Below the pieces are notes generated by a model. It saw only the letters and a program-made list of their open reading frames with translations, did not search any database and had not been told where the DNA came from. A stretch of DNA of 64,000 bases, from NCBI RefSeq assembly GCF_009914755.1, contig NC_060933.1; one strand, 5' to 3'. Positions 1-12,704 of the stretch are shown here, one piece after another; positions within the stretch are counted from its first letter, which is position 1; the number at the start of each line of letters is the position of its first letter. Made by a program: the position numbers and the translations under genes. The stretch is from the human T2T-CHM13v2.0 reference genome, Homo sapiens.

Positions 1-399
1 AAAGAAGGTAGGTGGTGGGAGCCAAATGAAATCAGGCAGTGGGGACTAAAGTTAGCTAGGAGGTGTGGACAAATGAAGCCAGGCTTTGGGGATCAAATGA
101 AACCAGGCAAGAGGCCCACAGGATGTGAGAAAAGAAAGATCAGGAGCTCATCCCCTCTGTCTAGATGTCACCCCCACACGCTGGGCCTCTCTCTCTGTAG
201 CCCCCCCTTCCACTCAGGCGGTGGTCCCCTCCCCCAGGCCAATGGACACAGCCAGAGCCCCCTCCCCTCTCAGAGGCCTGGTCCGATTGCAGCCAATGGG
301 CCCCGGCCCCATCCCTGGGACCTCAGGAAGTCCCAGTCCCTCCCACCGGCTGCAGAGGCAGGGGGGCTGGGGGGAGAGACAGAGAAGAGAAGAGAAGAG

Positions 400-870
400 A
401 GACAGCTTGGCAGGGGGAGCGCGCCGAGCAGCCGCGGGGGGCGGGGGCCGAGAAAGGAGCGGGAAGCGCCGAGGCGGGCTGGGCGGGCTGGCGGGCGGGC
501 GAGCGCGGGGCGGGGGCGTCGCGGCGGCGGGGGTGACAAGTCCTCCGGCCCTGTGGCCACTGACCTGGGTCCCCACGCAGGCGCCCCGTCGGTGCCTCCG
601 GCGCTCCGTGGGTCCGCCTGCCCGCCTGCGGGCATCGGGTCTGCGGGGCTGGGGCCCGGGCAGCCGGAACGACCCGGGAGGCAGAAGCAACCCCCACAGC
701 GGTCCCGGCGGGCGGGTGGGCGAGGGGCCGGGCCGCGCGGTGAGCGACGAGGGCCGAGCCCCGAGTGAGCGACCGGGCAAGCGGGCCGGGAGGAGGGGAG
801 GAAGGAGCGCGCTGCAAGCGAACGAGCAAGCGAGCAAGCGAGCTAGCGGAGGGAGAGTGAGGGACGGCAT
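400..870. promoter_or_regulatory. Intragenic CpG island in CNTFR intron 2 (candidate alternative promoter)
   Basis: Very high GC and CpG density, GGGCGG boxes, (GCGAGCAA)n low-complexity run at ~820-845. Confidence 0.75.
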
Positions 871-3645
871 GCAGTGAGGTCATCCTTTGAATCTAATTGT
901 CTGAGTCAGGAGGAGATGTGGCACTTGATGCTGGGGGAGGGGAGGCAGAAGGGACCCTCCCCGCTCCGGTCCCGGCCCCTCTCCACACCCAGGGGTGGCC
1001 GGGGCCTCCTTTCCCCTCCCAAGGAGAAGTTGCCGCAGGCCAACTCGGGCAGACCACTGCTGGTCTCAGGGCTGACCTCTGCTGCCTGGGGCTATCAGCA
1101 AGTGGTGAGAGATGTGGGACCCGGCCCCAGCTCCCGGCTACCTTCCTCCTCCCGGGGTGACCGCCACACCTCAAGGCCCAGCTCACTTTCCCACATTTTT
1201 TAGGGCACGGGAGGCTCCCAGCCTACCCCCAGGTCCTATTCCAGGTCCTATTCTGCCCTGTGAGGATAAAGCAGGAACTTCAGCCAGCCTTCCAAGTTGC
1301 CTTACTTTAGGAGCACGGGGCCCCAACTCTATTCCCCAAGTTACTTCCAGTGCTGGGAATTTGGGGGAATCTGGAAACTGAACCCCAGGCTCACCATCCT
1401 GCCCTCTGGGAATGACAGTGCAATGCCACCCGTCCTCCAGTTACTTTCTGCATTTGGGATGAGGACCCCAGATCCGCCTTTAGGAGGGACAGGAGCAGGG
1501 CCAGACTCCTAGGGTCTCCAGGGAGGGACCAGGCTGCCCAGAGGGTGACGGACAGGTTGGTCACTGGACCCTGGGCTTGTCAGGTGTGCACACCCGTACA
1601 CATATACATGAGCACACGCACACGCACACGTGCAAATGCACATCCGCATGGGGTCGGGGGCACCAGACAGCTGGGGATACTCACACCAAGGGCCATACCC
1701 TCCTCCCTTCGCCCCTGTGGGGGAGGGGTGATAAATATTTAAGGGGCTTTTAGCTCAAAAGGGGCTGGAACGGGGGAGGGAGGGGGATCCACGCTGCCTG
1801 ATTAATGGGGTTACGGGCTTGGATCAATCCGTCCGCCCGCCGCTCCCTCCTCCCCCTCCTCCCTCCCTCCGCCTAATGCGCTTTATCAGGAGACGCTTTT
1901 CTGACTTGGCAGCGTTGGGCGTTTTAAATAGACCCATTTAGAGCTGGGGTTGGGGGAGAAGGAGGGGGGTGGAGAGACAGAGATTGAGACAGGCTGGGAG
2001 ACAGAGACAAATCAGGAAAGAGAGATGGGCCCTAGAAGAGAGAGACTGGGAGAGGAGAGACAGAAGGAAATGCAGAGATACCATTGAGATAAGACACTGA
2101 GGGCGAGGCTCCCACGGAGGCTGAGATGGACAGAGAGAGGGTGATGGAGAGAGAGAGGGTGATGGGAGGCCAAAGGAAGCTGGGGGGCTGAGGAGCAGAA
2201 ACAAACAAACAAAAAGAGACAGGGAGGAAAGGAACCATGGGCAGCAGGGAGAAGCCCAGAGAGAGGCTCTCTGCAAGGGCTGAGTGCTAGCCTGGGAGAC
2301 AGCAGATATTCTTTATTTCCAAAAACCGTTTTTCATCCACTTTGTTAAATTAAAAAGCTGTTTTTAAAGTGGTGCTGGAGGTGCTGCTGGGGGAGGGTGA
2401 ACAGAACTGCCAAGTCCTCCCTCTCTGGCCTCCTCCTCCTTGGCCCCCACAGAAGCTGCCTCAGCCTGAGCCCCTGGGGTGTTCTCCAGCTCCCCTGCTC
2501 GCTGAGGCAATCCTCTGAGATCCCCAGGAAGAGGGTCAGGGCATCTGAGCTACTGTTCACTGGCAGGAAGTCCTTCCTGCTGTCTGGCCTCAGTTCTTCT
2601 TGCTGCAGGGAGCCCATTCTTTCCCCGACCACTATCCTTCTCTTCTCCAGCTCCTGTCCCGGCTCCCTAAGGTGTTCCCAGTTTGCGGAGGATTACGTGC
2701 CCTCTCAGCCCAGTAGCACACTTTCCAAATAAGCCATCAGACTCCTCCCAAGGTACCCCCCATAAATATTATCTTTTATTCTGTAAATCCATCTCCTAGC
2801 CCCATCCTAGTCTGAACTTCTATCAGATACACACCCCATGTCCTTGGGTCCTCTGGGAACAGTGGGGTGAAAAGCTTAACTCTCTACAGCCTTCTCAGGC
2901 CTCCCTTCCTCCTCTCCTGGGCCCCAGCTCCATCTTAAGCCCCTTTTATGTGTCAGCCTGGGGTACCCCACTCCACCCTCAACAACAACCTGGTCCTAGT
3001 TGTGAAGGGTTAGTCCCCCCTCAGCCCCCAGCCGGGAAAATGGCCAGTCTGTTTGGGAGCTGAGATGAAAAGCCCGGCCGGCCTTTGTGGGCCTCTGGCG
3101 GGTTTTGGACAATAGGCCCTTCCGTTCCGCTCCAGTGCCTCGATGCCTTGGATGCCCCCACCCCCAAGCTGCCAATCCAGGGGCCTTGCCTGGCCTGAAT
3201 GAGAGACAGGGAGAGTCAGGCTCGGCCCCACAGCTGGCCTCAGAAGATTCTGGACTTTCTGACCTGCCATCCCATCTTTTTAAAGCCTAGCTGCTCCTCC
3301 AATCAAATAAGAGAGATGTCTGGGGGGCAGAGAGGAAATCTGAGGATACTGAAACAGAAACATACTCCCATATCTGGGACTCAGCACCCCCTTAGTATAG
3401 AACCCAGTTTCCTAACCTGGTGTTGCCCTTGCCTGTGTGACCACAGATAAGTCTCTTCCCTTTCTATTTGAGAGCATGAAAAGCCTCAGCCAGGCTGAGC
3501 CCAAAACCTCTGGAAAAAGAAAGGACAGGGGAAGAGAGGAAGGAATCTCAGGTCCTCCTCCACTCATGTCCCCTAGACGTACAGCCCCACTACACCTGCC
3601 TGATTCCCTGAGATTGATCTGCCCCACGTGGGCCCCAGCACCTAC

Positions 3646-3756
3646 CTCTTCACCACTGGCCACACACCAAGCACATCAATGTCCTCCTCCTCCTCCAGAC
3701 CAACTCTTCAGGACTTCCAAAACCAAGGGGGCAAGATGAGGTGACAAGGCTAGAGT
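3646..3756 (-). other. CNTFR: CNTFR exon 2 (5' UTR, 111 nt)
   Basis: Minus-strand acceptor ctttgcccttctag| and donor GAAGAG|gtagg; the end ...CCAGTGGTGAAGAG matches my recall of the CNTFR cDNA just before ATGGCTGCT. Confidence 0.85.
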
Positions 3757-4149
3757 CTAGAAGGGCAAAGGGCACAAATCAGAGGTCACAGAGGAGCCAC
3801 AGGCCTTAGTCCAACTCAGAGGCCATTCCATACTCACAGCCCCACTGTGAGAAGGGGAGACTGAGGCAGGCAGCAGCTAAACGTCTGGAAGAAGAAAAGT
3901 TGAGAGTAATACAGACCCCTCCCAGCACCCCTTGCTGACTTCAGGTTCTGAACCACAGGGACAAAGGTTGCCAGAAGGCAGTGGCCTGATACAATACACA
4001 GATACACACCCACAGACAATCCACAATTCTTATACAATCAGTTTGCAGACACACAGGCACCTCCATATCACATGCATCCTCACATGCACAATCCTAGAGG
4101 CACAGGGTCACAGGCACGGTGTAAATAACCACCATCGTAACACCCCCTT

Positions 4150-4390
4150 CCTTATCACCACTATGATTTATTGAGCATCTATTATATGCCAGGAACTGTG
4201 TTTGGCACTTTATATGCATTATCTTACTTAATCTTCATGATTTCTCCATGAGGTAGGTTTTATTGTTCTTCACATTTGATAACCAAGGAGATTGAGCTTC
4301 AAGGAGGCCTTGCCCAATACCACAGAGCTGATCAGTTCCAGAGTCTAGATTTGAGTCCGTATCTAGTTCCATAACCTTGCTGCTATACCA
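4150..4390. mobile_element. MIR SINE remnant
   Basis: tttattgagcatctattatatgccagg...ttgcccaataccacagagctg resembles the MIR core. Confidence 0.6.
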
Positions 4391-4541
4391 ATTTGCCTGT
4401 GCAGGTCTCTCACCCACCTGCACAATGTCTTTCCCAAGAATAATAACAGCAGGTATCACTTGTTCAGGGTCCTTGGTTACCCAGACACTGTGATAAGTAC
4501 TTAATTTACATTTTGGTACTGAATCATCAAAACAAGCTTCA

Positions 4542-4843
<302 letters not shown>

Positions 4844-4880
4844 CACAAGCTTTGGAGGTAATCCTGTTTCTGTTTTACAG

Positions 4881-5623
4881 ATCCTGAAACTGAGGCTCAG
4901 AGAGCAGAAGCAGCTTGGCCAAAGTCATACAACTGGTAGTTGGTAAAGGAGCTGGCCTTGAACTCAGGGATATCTTGAAAGCCACTGTTGCTTCTATGGA
5001 CTCTAGCCATTCAAAAGACCCCTCACCTTCTATAAGACCCCAGGAGATCCTCAGGGTCCAACTGCTCCCTTGAAAACAGGTCCCAGATATATCTGCCAAA
5101 GATATGATTAGGTGCCTAAACACATACCATGAGAAAGGGATTCCATGTCTTCCAATCCTGCCCAGAGATGCAGAGACACCACCACCCAGGGAGAGATAGC
5201 CAGAAACTAAAATAAGATGTTAGAGACAGGGTGGTTGATAGTGACAGATACAGCCACACCAAGACAGGCTCAAAGGGAGGAAGACTGAGGGGAAGCCAGA
5301 GACAGAGAGGGACACATTAGGCCAAAGAATGAGAGAGATAGCTGGAAAAGGAGACAATAGGAGTAGAGGAGGGTACAGGCTGACATGAAAAAACACCGAC
5401 AGATACACTCCAGTATGCAGACAGACACATACAGACCCATCTGACCTTCACAAGAAACAGACTGTGAAAGCAAGCAAGGCTCAGGCTGTGTGTGGCGTGC
5501 GTATGTGTGTGTGCGTATTGTGGGGGGAGCATGCAGAGTCTGTATAGCTACGCACATTACACCAGCTGCTTCCAGCAATTTCATCTGATTAATAATAAAT
5601 GCCCCATAATTACAGCCGCTCCC
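4881..5623 (+). ncRNA. CNTFR-AS1: Probable terminal exon of CNTFR-AS1
   Basis: Acceptor cctgtttctgttttacag| at 4880 and AATAAA at 5594-5599; position fits my recall of the CNTFR-AS1 3' end; the 5' boundary is inferred. Confidence 0.5.
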
Positions 5624-7150
5624 CCAGCCCTTCTTCCTGTTTTTTGTCAGCTGCTGCCAGACCAGCCCCCCATAAACCCTATGGTCCCCTCCATCCTCAC
5701 CTGCTGTCCTCTAGGAGGCTGAGAGAATGTGAGCTGGTGGAGGAGGCCATACTCCCAATTTGAGGAGGGATACCCATCTCCCTATCTTGGATTAATGCCC
5801 TTTGCTTCCAAGCAAAAAGTCGTCTTACTTAGGTCTCACTCAGAACTTTTCCACTGCATGGGTATAACCTGTGACCCCTAATATGGCCTAGGGGCCCACA
5901 TCTGGGATGCAGAGAGATGAAATCCCCTTGCCCACTCTTTATCGCTAGCTGGCTAAGTCTCCATCCACAAACTTTACCTAGCCTCAGAACCCTGTAGGCT
6001 CACAGGAGGAAGGCACCAGGACAGGGGTCCTCACCCCATCATTCCAATCCCAGACAGCCCGAATCTCTGCCCACTTGTATACCCTCAAGCTCTGGACACC
6101 AGGTGGCTCCGCCTGCCAATTCCTGAGCACCCCCCAACCCCACCCCCACAAGTCCACCTCCTTCCAGGCCTCCCACCCAAGCTCGCCAAGGCAGCTCTAT
6201 CAGAATCAGCTGCGGGGTTGTGCTGATCTGTTTCTAATCGTTGGGGCCTGGTTCACGCTTGCCCCCAGCCCCCAATATTGATTCCATTATTTGGAAAGTC
6301 ATTGACGTCAGGGGCCTGGATGGGTGCCAAAACCGCCTTCTCTCCGGGCCTGGGCCAGGGCCCAGCCCCCCATCCCGCAATTTCACGGAGGGGCCCACAA
6401 GGGTCAGCTCATGGGCCGAGGTCACATGGCATCTTCCCTCTGACTCTGGGCTCCTCTGCCTTTTTGGAACCACTGTGCAGCTCCCTTCTGGAGAGAGGGG
6501 CTACGCAAAGACCTGGGATTTAGAAGTTGGGGGAGGCTATAAAAGGGAGTCTTAAGCCCCTCATTGGGACTCTGGCTGAGAGCAGGGGCTCTGAAGAGGT
6601 AAGGAGGAGGGCAGTGGCTCAGAAAAGGGTAGTTGGGAACACTTTGTGTTTTTTGCCACACTCTTATTTTGGAACATCCTGAAGCTGGTCTTGAAATGGA
6701 TCCTACTGACTACTTGGTTTTTATGTCTGACATCAGTTGTATCTCCAGACTCTCTTAGAAGGAAATTCTCTGCAGTTATTTAGGATAACAGATTACCCTA
6801 AATGTTGCCATAATTTGACTAACTGGCACCAGTAATTTTATAAATCTTTGCTCCATATAAAACAAAGGCTCTCTTTCTTGTGCATCTCTCACCTATGCTG
6901 CCTCAGTTTCCCCATATTCACACACTCTCCCAGTCTTTCCTGGCGTTGGATGTGTGTTTCTTCCTCTCTGTCTCTATCTGACCAAGATGCAGCCACTGCC
7001 ACACTGGCCCACGCCAGCAACTCCTGGGCTCTGGCTGGACAGAGTATTTTTAGGATCCGAACCCCGTGTTCTCAGACAGGCATTAATAACCAATACAGAC
7101 AGTCTGTGGTGCCCACAACAGCTACACAGCCTCAGAGCCCAGCCTTGGAA

Positions 7151-7205
7151 GGTCAGAGATGGGGTCCATTCCTTCAGCTAGAGGGTCAGAGATGGGGTCC
7201 ATTCC
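7151..7205. repeat. Short direct duplication (33-bp offset)
   Basis: ggtcagagatggggtccattcc at 7151 and 7184. Confidence 0.9.
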
Positions 7206-9479
7206 CCCGAGGGAATTTCTTCTTGTCCAAGAAACTCACACCTAGAGGGTAAGGGACGTGTTCACCACCACATAGGGAAAAAAGGACCTTACTTTCTACA
7301 AAATCCTGAGGCTGGGAAGGGGCAGGATGACCTCTGACCTCTGCCACAGAATCGGTGTGATTGCTCTGCCCCAGCCTCCTCTGGTCCAGACCTTTCCAAG
7401 GAAGGAGCCTATCCTCTGCACTCCTTCCCTGAGTGAAGGAAAGTCCTTCCTCTACTCTAGCCTGCAAACCAGTCTTCCTTTGAGCCAAACAGGGGTGTAG
7501 GACAGGGGATGCTGGGTCTCAAACCACAAATCCCAGCAGCTTCCCTCTCCTCATGATCTGTCCCACTCAGTGATTCATGCCTCAACATTTATTGAGCACC
7601 TATTCCCTGCCAGGCACTGTACAGGGAGCCAGGCACATGGTCGTGCCCACAGGGAGCATTCGGTCCAATGAGACAGAAAAAGATGTATTACTGTTCACAC
7701 AAGAATGCCTTCCTCTGGTGTACGAGGTCTGTGCCAAGGGCAGGCAGGTACAGGGTGAGCAAGGGAGACCCAGTCCTTGAGTCACGTAGAGCTCAGAGGC
7801 AACTACTGTGCAACCTTCCTGGGTGTCACGTGGGGAAAGTACAGGTAGGATATATGGTGGGGCACACTGACTACCCTGGGGTCTGGAGAAACCTGTCCTC
7901 CTACAGGCTAAGGACTCTTCAGTTTGCTCCTAAGCCCAAGACGGGCCCTCGAGCTGAACACAAGTCACTACCATAGTTTAATTTCAGTTCCTGCTACTGT
8001 AGCTCTAGTCTTAGCTTTTGGGAGCTGGCTGCCCACAGCCACAGGGTCTAACTCTTCCTCAACGCCTGCTCCAGCTCCTCCTTCCACCCCTTGGCCCCCA
8101 GAGTGCCTAGCTCTGGTGACCCCCAACCGGGCACAGCTCTGTGCTTTGGGACTCTCTTTGCCCTCTGCAGAGGTAAAAGGGACTGATGACCTCAGTGCTC
8201 TCCATCCCCAGGGACCACTTGCCTTCCCAGCCCCTCCCCACAGGAAGCTGAGAGCCCTTGTGGGTTTGGTCACCCAGGGCCACAGGAGTTTACAAAGCTG
8301 AGGTCTCCCCCACTACCCCCACCCAATGGTGGGTCTGGAGGAGGGGTCAGTTCTCACTTCTCAGGCTCCTTGCTCTCCAGGACGCCCCAAACCAAGCACA
8401 CATGGTCCCCCCTAACCCATCTGCATTTCAAAGAAAATCCACTCCATATGTTTCCGATTCATTTACACTTCAACTCGCCATGGGGGGGCAGAGAGCAGGG
8501 GTGTCTTGCCTCCAAGCCTCCCACCCCGGCTGGAGAGCGTGTGTCCCCTTCAGGACGGGGAGCAGTTACAGCCCAGCCATCTCAGCATTGGGAGGGACCG
8601 CAGGGCCATGTCCCTACTGTGTGGGCTCCCATGGGGGAAGACAGCATATCTCAGGCAGCCCCACCCACTGATGTTCATAGCAGCAGAGCACGCAAAGTCC
8701 AGGGCAGGGTCTCCACGGGAGTTAGAATCCCAGGGCTGGCTGCATCCTAGGCCCCCCAGGGCTACTGCTCTTTTGGGGAACAGAGTGGGGAAGCCTAGGC
8801 ATGCCCTGGAGCCAGGATAAGGGCTCAACAGGCAATCCCAGAGACACTGTGAGACACGCACAACAAAACATGGTCCCTACCCCTCCCCAGCCAGGGCAGA
8901 GAAGAGAAGAGAGGGTGGGATCCCGTCTCCTCCTCCAGCTACTTTCTCCCCACAGATCTGAGGCTGTTATCTCTCCTACAATCACAGATTCAACACCCTG
9001 GAGCAGTCGCAGGAGCCAAGGTCTGCTCCCTCCAATCTTCACACCCCTCCCATCCTAAGAATGATTGAGATGTGTGTGTGTATGGGGCGGGGGAGATGTC
9101 TTGGGAGGACAGGAGTCTTATTTCCCCCACCTGGCCCTTCTCTACCACAGAAGGGATGTCCAAAACTATTCAAGGGGGATGGGTATGCATTGACATGGCA
9201 CACGGAGAAATCTAAAGGTTCACATTACTCCTGTACCAACAATCCACTCAGATCTTCCTGCCAAGAGTCTAGTCTCCTTATGGAAGGAAAGCAGCGAAAT
9301 CTGACTGGGTTAGCCTTTACCACCACTCCCCTCCATTAGCCCACAGCCCATTGTGAGGGACGTGACCAAATGTGTGTCCTCTCTCCTCCTCACCTTTGGA
9401 GGGGACAGATCCTGTAGCAGTCTCTGTTCTTCACTTCAAGTGCCCCGATACTCACCACAAACCAAAGGAAAGCATGGGC

Positions 9480-10700
9480 ATATCTGACCATGAGTCCTAA
9501 GTTCCACTGGGATTGTGAATGCCACAATCTTAGTGTGGATCTGAATGTGAGCCCAGGATGACAGTGTGAGTTTAATCTAAGTGTCACGGTCTAATGTCCA
9601 TCTAAGTGTGAACTCCAAGATGCAAGTACGGGTTTGAGTATGAGCCCAGGTCTCAGCACGCATCTGACTGTAAACCCCAGTGGGTCTGAATGTGAGCTCC
9701 AGGACTGAAGTGAGAGAGCCTGTGAGTCCCAGCATTCCTGTACAAGTCAGCATAAGCATTAGAGTTCTAGTGTAAGTCTGAGTGTGAGACCCTGGTCATA
9801 AGGGCTTCTGAGTATGAGCTAAGGTGGCTTATATGGAGTCCTAGTGTGAGCACTGGTATCCCTTTTTAAGTCTGAGTGTGAGTCCCAAAGTACCCTTGTA
9901 AGTCTAAGTGTGAACATCAGAATCCTACTGTGAGTCTGAGTGTGAGCTCTGAGATCCCAATATGAATCTGAGTGAGTCACAGGACTTCAAGTGAGTCCTA
10001 CCAAGATCCTGGTATGAGTCTATGTGTGAGCTCCAGGTTACCCATGGAGGTCTAACCCCCAAAGTTCCCATATGAATCTAAGTGTGAACCCAAAGGTCCT
10101 AGTGTGAATCTGAGTGAGCTCCAGGGTCCCCGTGTGAGTCAATGTGATCCCCAGCTTGGAAATGTGAATCTGACTATGAACCCCAGTGTCCTCAGCGAGT
10201 CCTTGAGTTCAAATGTGAGCCCCATGTTCCCCATGCGAGTCTGACTAACTCGGAGTCCCAGAATATAAGTGTGAATCGGAGTGAGCATGAGGGTCTTTGT
10301 GTGAGCCCCAGTGTGAGCCCTAGGACCCCAGTGAGATTCTGGGTGTGAGCTCTAGGTCTCAATGTAGATCTAAGCTAAAGGGTAAGACCGTGAATCTAAG
10401 CATGAGCCTACAGTCCCAGTGTGGGTCCCAGTGTGAGCAGAGTTCCAATGTGAGTCTATGTGGAAACTCCAGGACTGAAGTGTATCCCTGGATATGAGCC
10501 CCACAACGTAAGTGTCAGTCCATATGAATGTAAGCCCCTAGACCCTAGAAGGAGCTGAAGTGTCCCAGTGTGCATCTGAGTATGGATTCCAGAGCCCCCA
10601 GAAGTCCTGTGCATGAACTTTAAACTCCTAGTCTTTGTGTAGGCTCAGGGTCTCAGTTGGAGTATCAGCCCTGACAGTGTGAACCTTAGCTCTATCTCAC
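9480..10700. repeat. Degenerate ~32-bp-period tandem array in CNTFR intron 1
   Basis: tctRagtg core recurs at 9871, 9903, 9935, 9967 and at 10077, 10109; approximate consensus gtgtgagtctgagtgtgagccccagggtccca. Confidence 0.8.
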
Positions 10701-11579
10701 CAATGCTGACCAGGAGCCCCTGGCACCAGCTGAGAGGATTTGTGTGGGTTGTGACAGTGGAGACAGAGAGGCATAGTTTGAGACACCTAGGCCCTTCTAG
10801 CCCCCAAGTCATTGCTAGCCCTACATCCCTGGGAATCTGCAATGGTTCAAGCCCCATTCCCACACGTGTAATGACACACCATCACACCCAGAGTTAGATA
10901 CACAAAAATACACCTGGTGTTTCAGGCCCCTCGGACACACAGCAATTACAGATGCACAGACACACCCAGCATTTCACACTCGCACCACCTCAGTGACCAC
11001 AGCCACACAAACACTCCCAGTGACACAGACACAAATTCACCAAGTATTACAGGCAGAACAACTAGTGTTAGAGACACACTCCTACAGCGGCATGCAGACA
11101 CACACCCAATGTTGCAGACAAGCTGCCAGGCACACAGACACACACAGACGCTTCTCAAAAAGAGAGACTAGACGGAAAGAAAGAAAATCCTGAATTTTCA
11201 ACAAGGCGTGAAATAGTCCTGCCCGCCTGAAGCTACTGGAGGGGGGAGGGGGACAAGGGAGCGAGCAAGCGAGCGAGCTAACGCTGGAGGAGAGGCTCGG
11301 GAGAGGAGAGGAGCCGAGAGGGAGAGCTGTCCGTCTGGTGACCTCCCCACGGCCCAGCCCCCACGCACGCGGAGATACACTACTCGGAGCAACACAGGGA
11401 CACCCAGACTGGCTCACACTGAGCCGCACTGGAGGAGACACACACGAGCAGACTCACAAAGAGACACTTGGGGATACACCATAGGCAGACTCGCACAAGC
11501 CAGGAAGACTTACAAAGAGACACACTGGAGGAGACCCACTACATGGAGATACATCCAGGCGGACTGAAGAGAAAACCAT

Positions 11580-12704
11580 GGGGACGCCGACCGACACACA
11601 CATGCACACACACACGCGCGCGCGGGCGCGCGGATTCACACGGACACACATGCACTGGCAGACGCGCAACCGTCGGTTCGCATCCCCGGGCGCTTTGAAG
11701 TCCAGATTTCTGCCCGAGAAAGAAGCCACCTTTGGGCGCGCAAAGGCCACTACGAACCTCCCCAAACCCAGGAATTTTTCCAGACCCCGCGCGTGCAGCT
11801 GAGGGGTGGGGAGAACAGGGACACTAGGACAAACCGCCGGAGCCACCTCCCTCTAGTCCACAGTCGGCCCCACCACCACCACCACGCCCAACCCCCGGAG
11901 CGCCCGGACGTGGGGGGCCGCTCCTCCAGCGCCCCCGCCCCCGAGTTTGCAGGCAAAGTTTCTCGTGAACTTTCCTGTCGCCCCCGTCCGTGGGCCCACG
12001 GGTGTCCCCTCACTCTTCCCGCACGCATGAGGGCCGCCGGTCTGCTGGTCAGCCCGGGCTCTGAGGGTCCGGCCGCGCGCACTCCGCCGCAGGGTACTCA
12101 CCGCGCCCTCGGGCCACCCGGGCTTCGCGCCGCGCCTTCCGACCGCCCCCGGCAGCGAGCGAGGCAGGGAGCGCGGAGCTAGCACCGCCCGCCGGATCCC
12201 ACCGCCGAGCCTCGCGCCGCGCCGGCTGGAGCCGCCGCCTCCGCTGCCGCCGCCGCCGCCGCCCGCTCTGCACCGGCTCTTCAGCGCTCGGCGGCTTTAA
12301 CCCCCCCATCCTCCTCCCTCCCTCGCGCGCTCCCTCCCTCCTTCTCTCGCCCATGTGACCGCGGGCGCCCGCTCGGCCGCGCGCGCCCTCGCTCCCCTCC
12401 CCCTCTTGCCTTGTCTCCCCGCGCCTCCGCGGCCGCGCGCCACGACCCCTCCCCGCCACGGGCCCCGCGCGCCCCCGCCTTGGCACGCTCTCGCTCCTGG
12501 CACACGCGGTCCGCTCGCCCTGCGCGGGCCTGTGAGCCCCCACTCCCACTCGCCCAGCACTGGCACGCGCTCTGCCCCCCCGCTGGCACACTCGTCCGCA
12601 CTGGCACGCGTGGCCCCCTCGCGTTCACCCTTTCTCGGGCGCGCCCTCAAGACGGCTGTGGTCCCCGTGCTTCACGCGCAGCCCCGGCCGCGGGTCTCGC
12701 AAAC

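Noticed and set aside
73-877. Long plus-strand ORFs of 231 and 250 aa
   Set aside because: Low-complexity Gly/Arg/Pro translations typical of stop-poor CpG islands; no recognisable domain
9480-10700. CRISPR-like appearance of the ~32-bp periodic array
   Set aside because: Units are contiguous and degenerate, with no identical repeats, unique spacers or cas genes; eukaryotic context
11310-11345. REST/RE1-like site (GGACAGCTC half)
   Set aside because: Left half-site and spacing do not match TCAGCACCnnGGACAG
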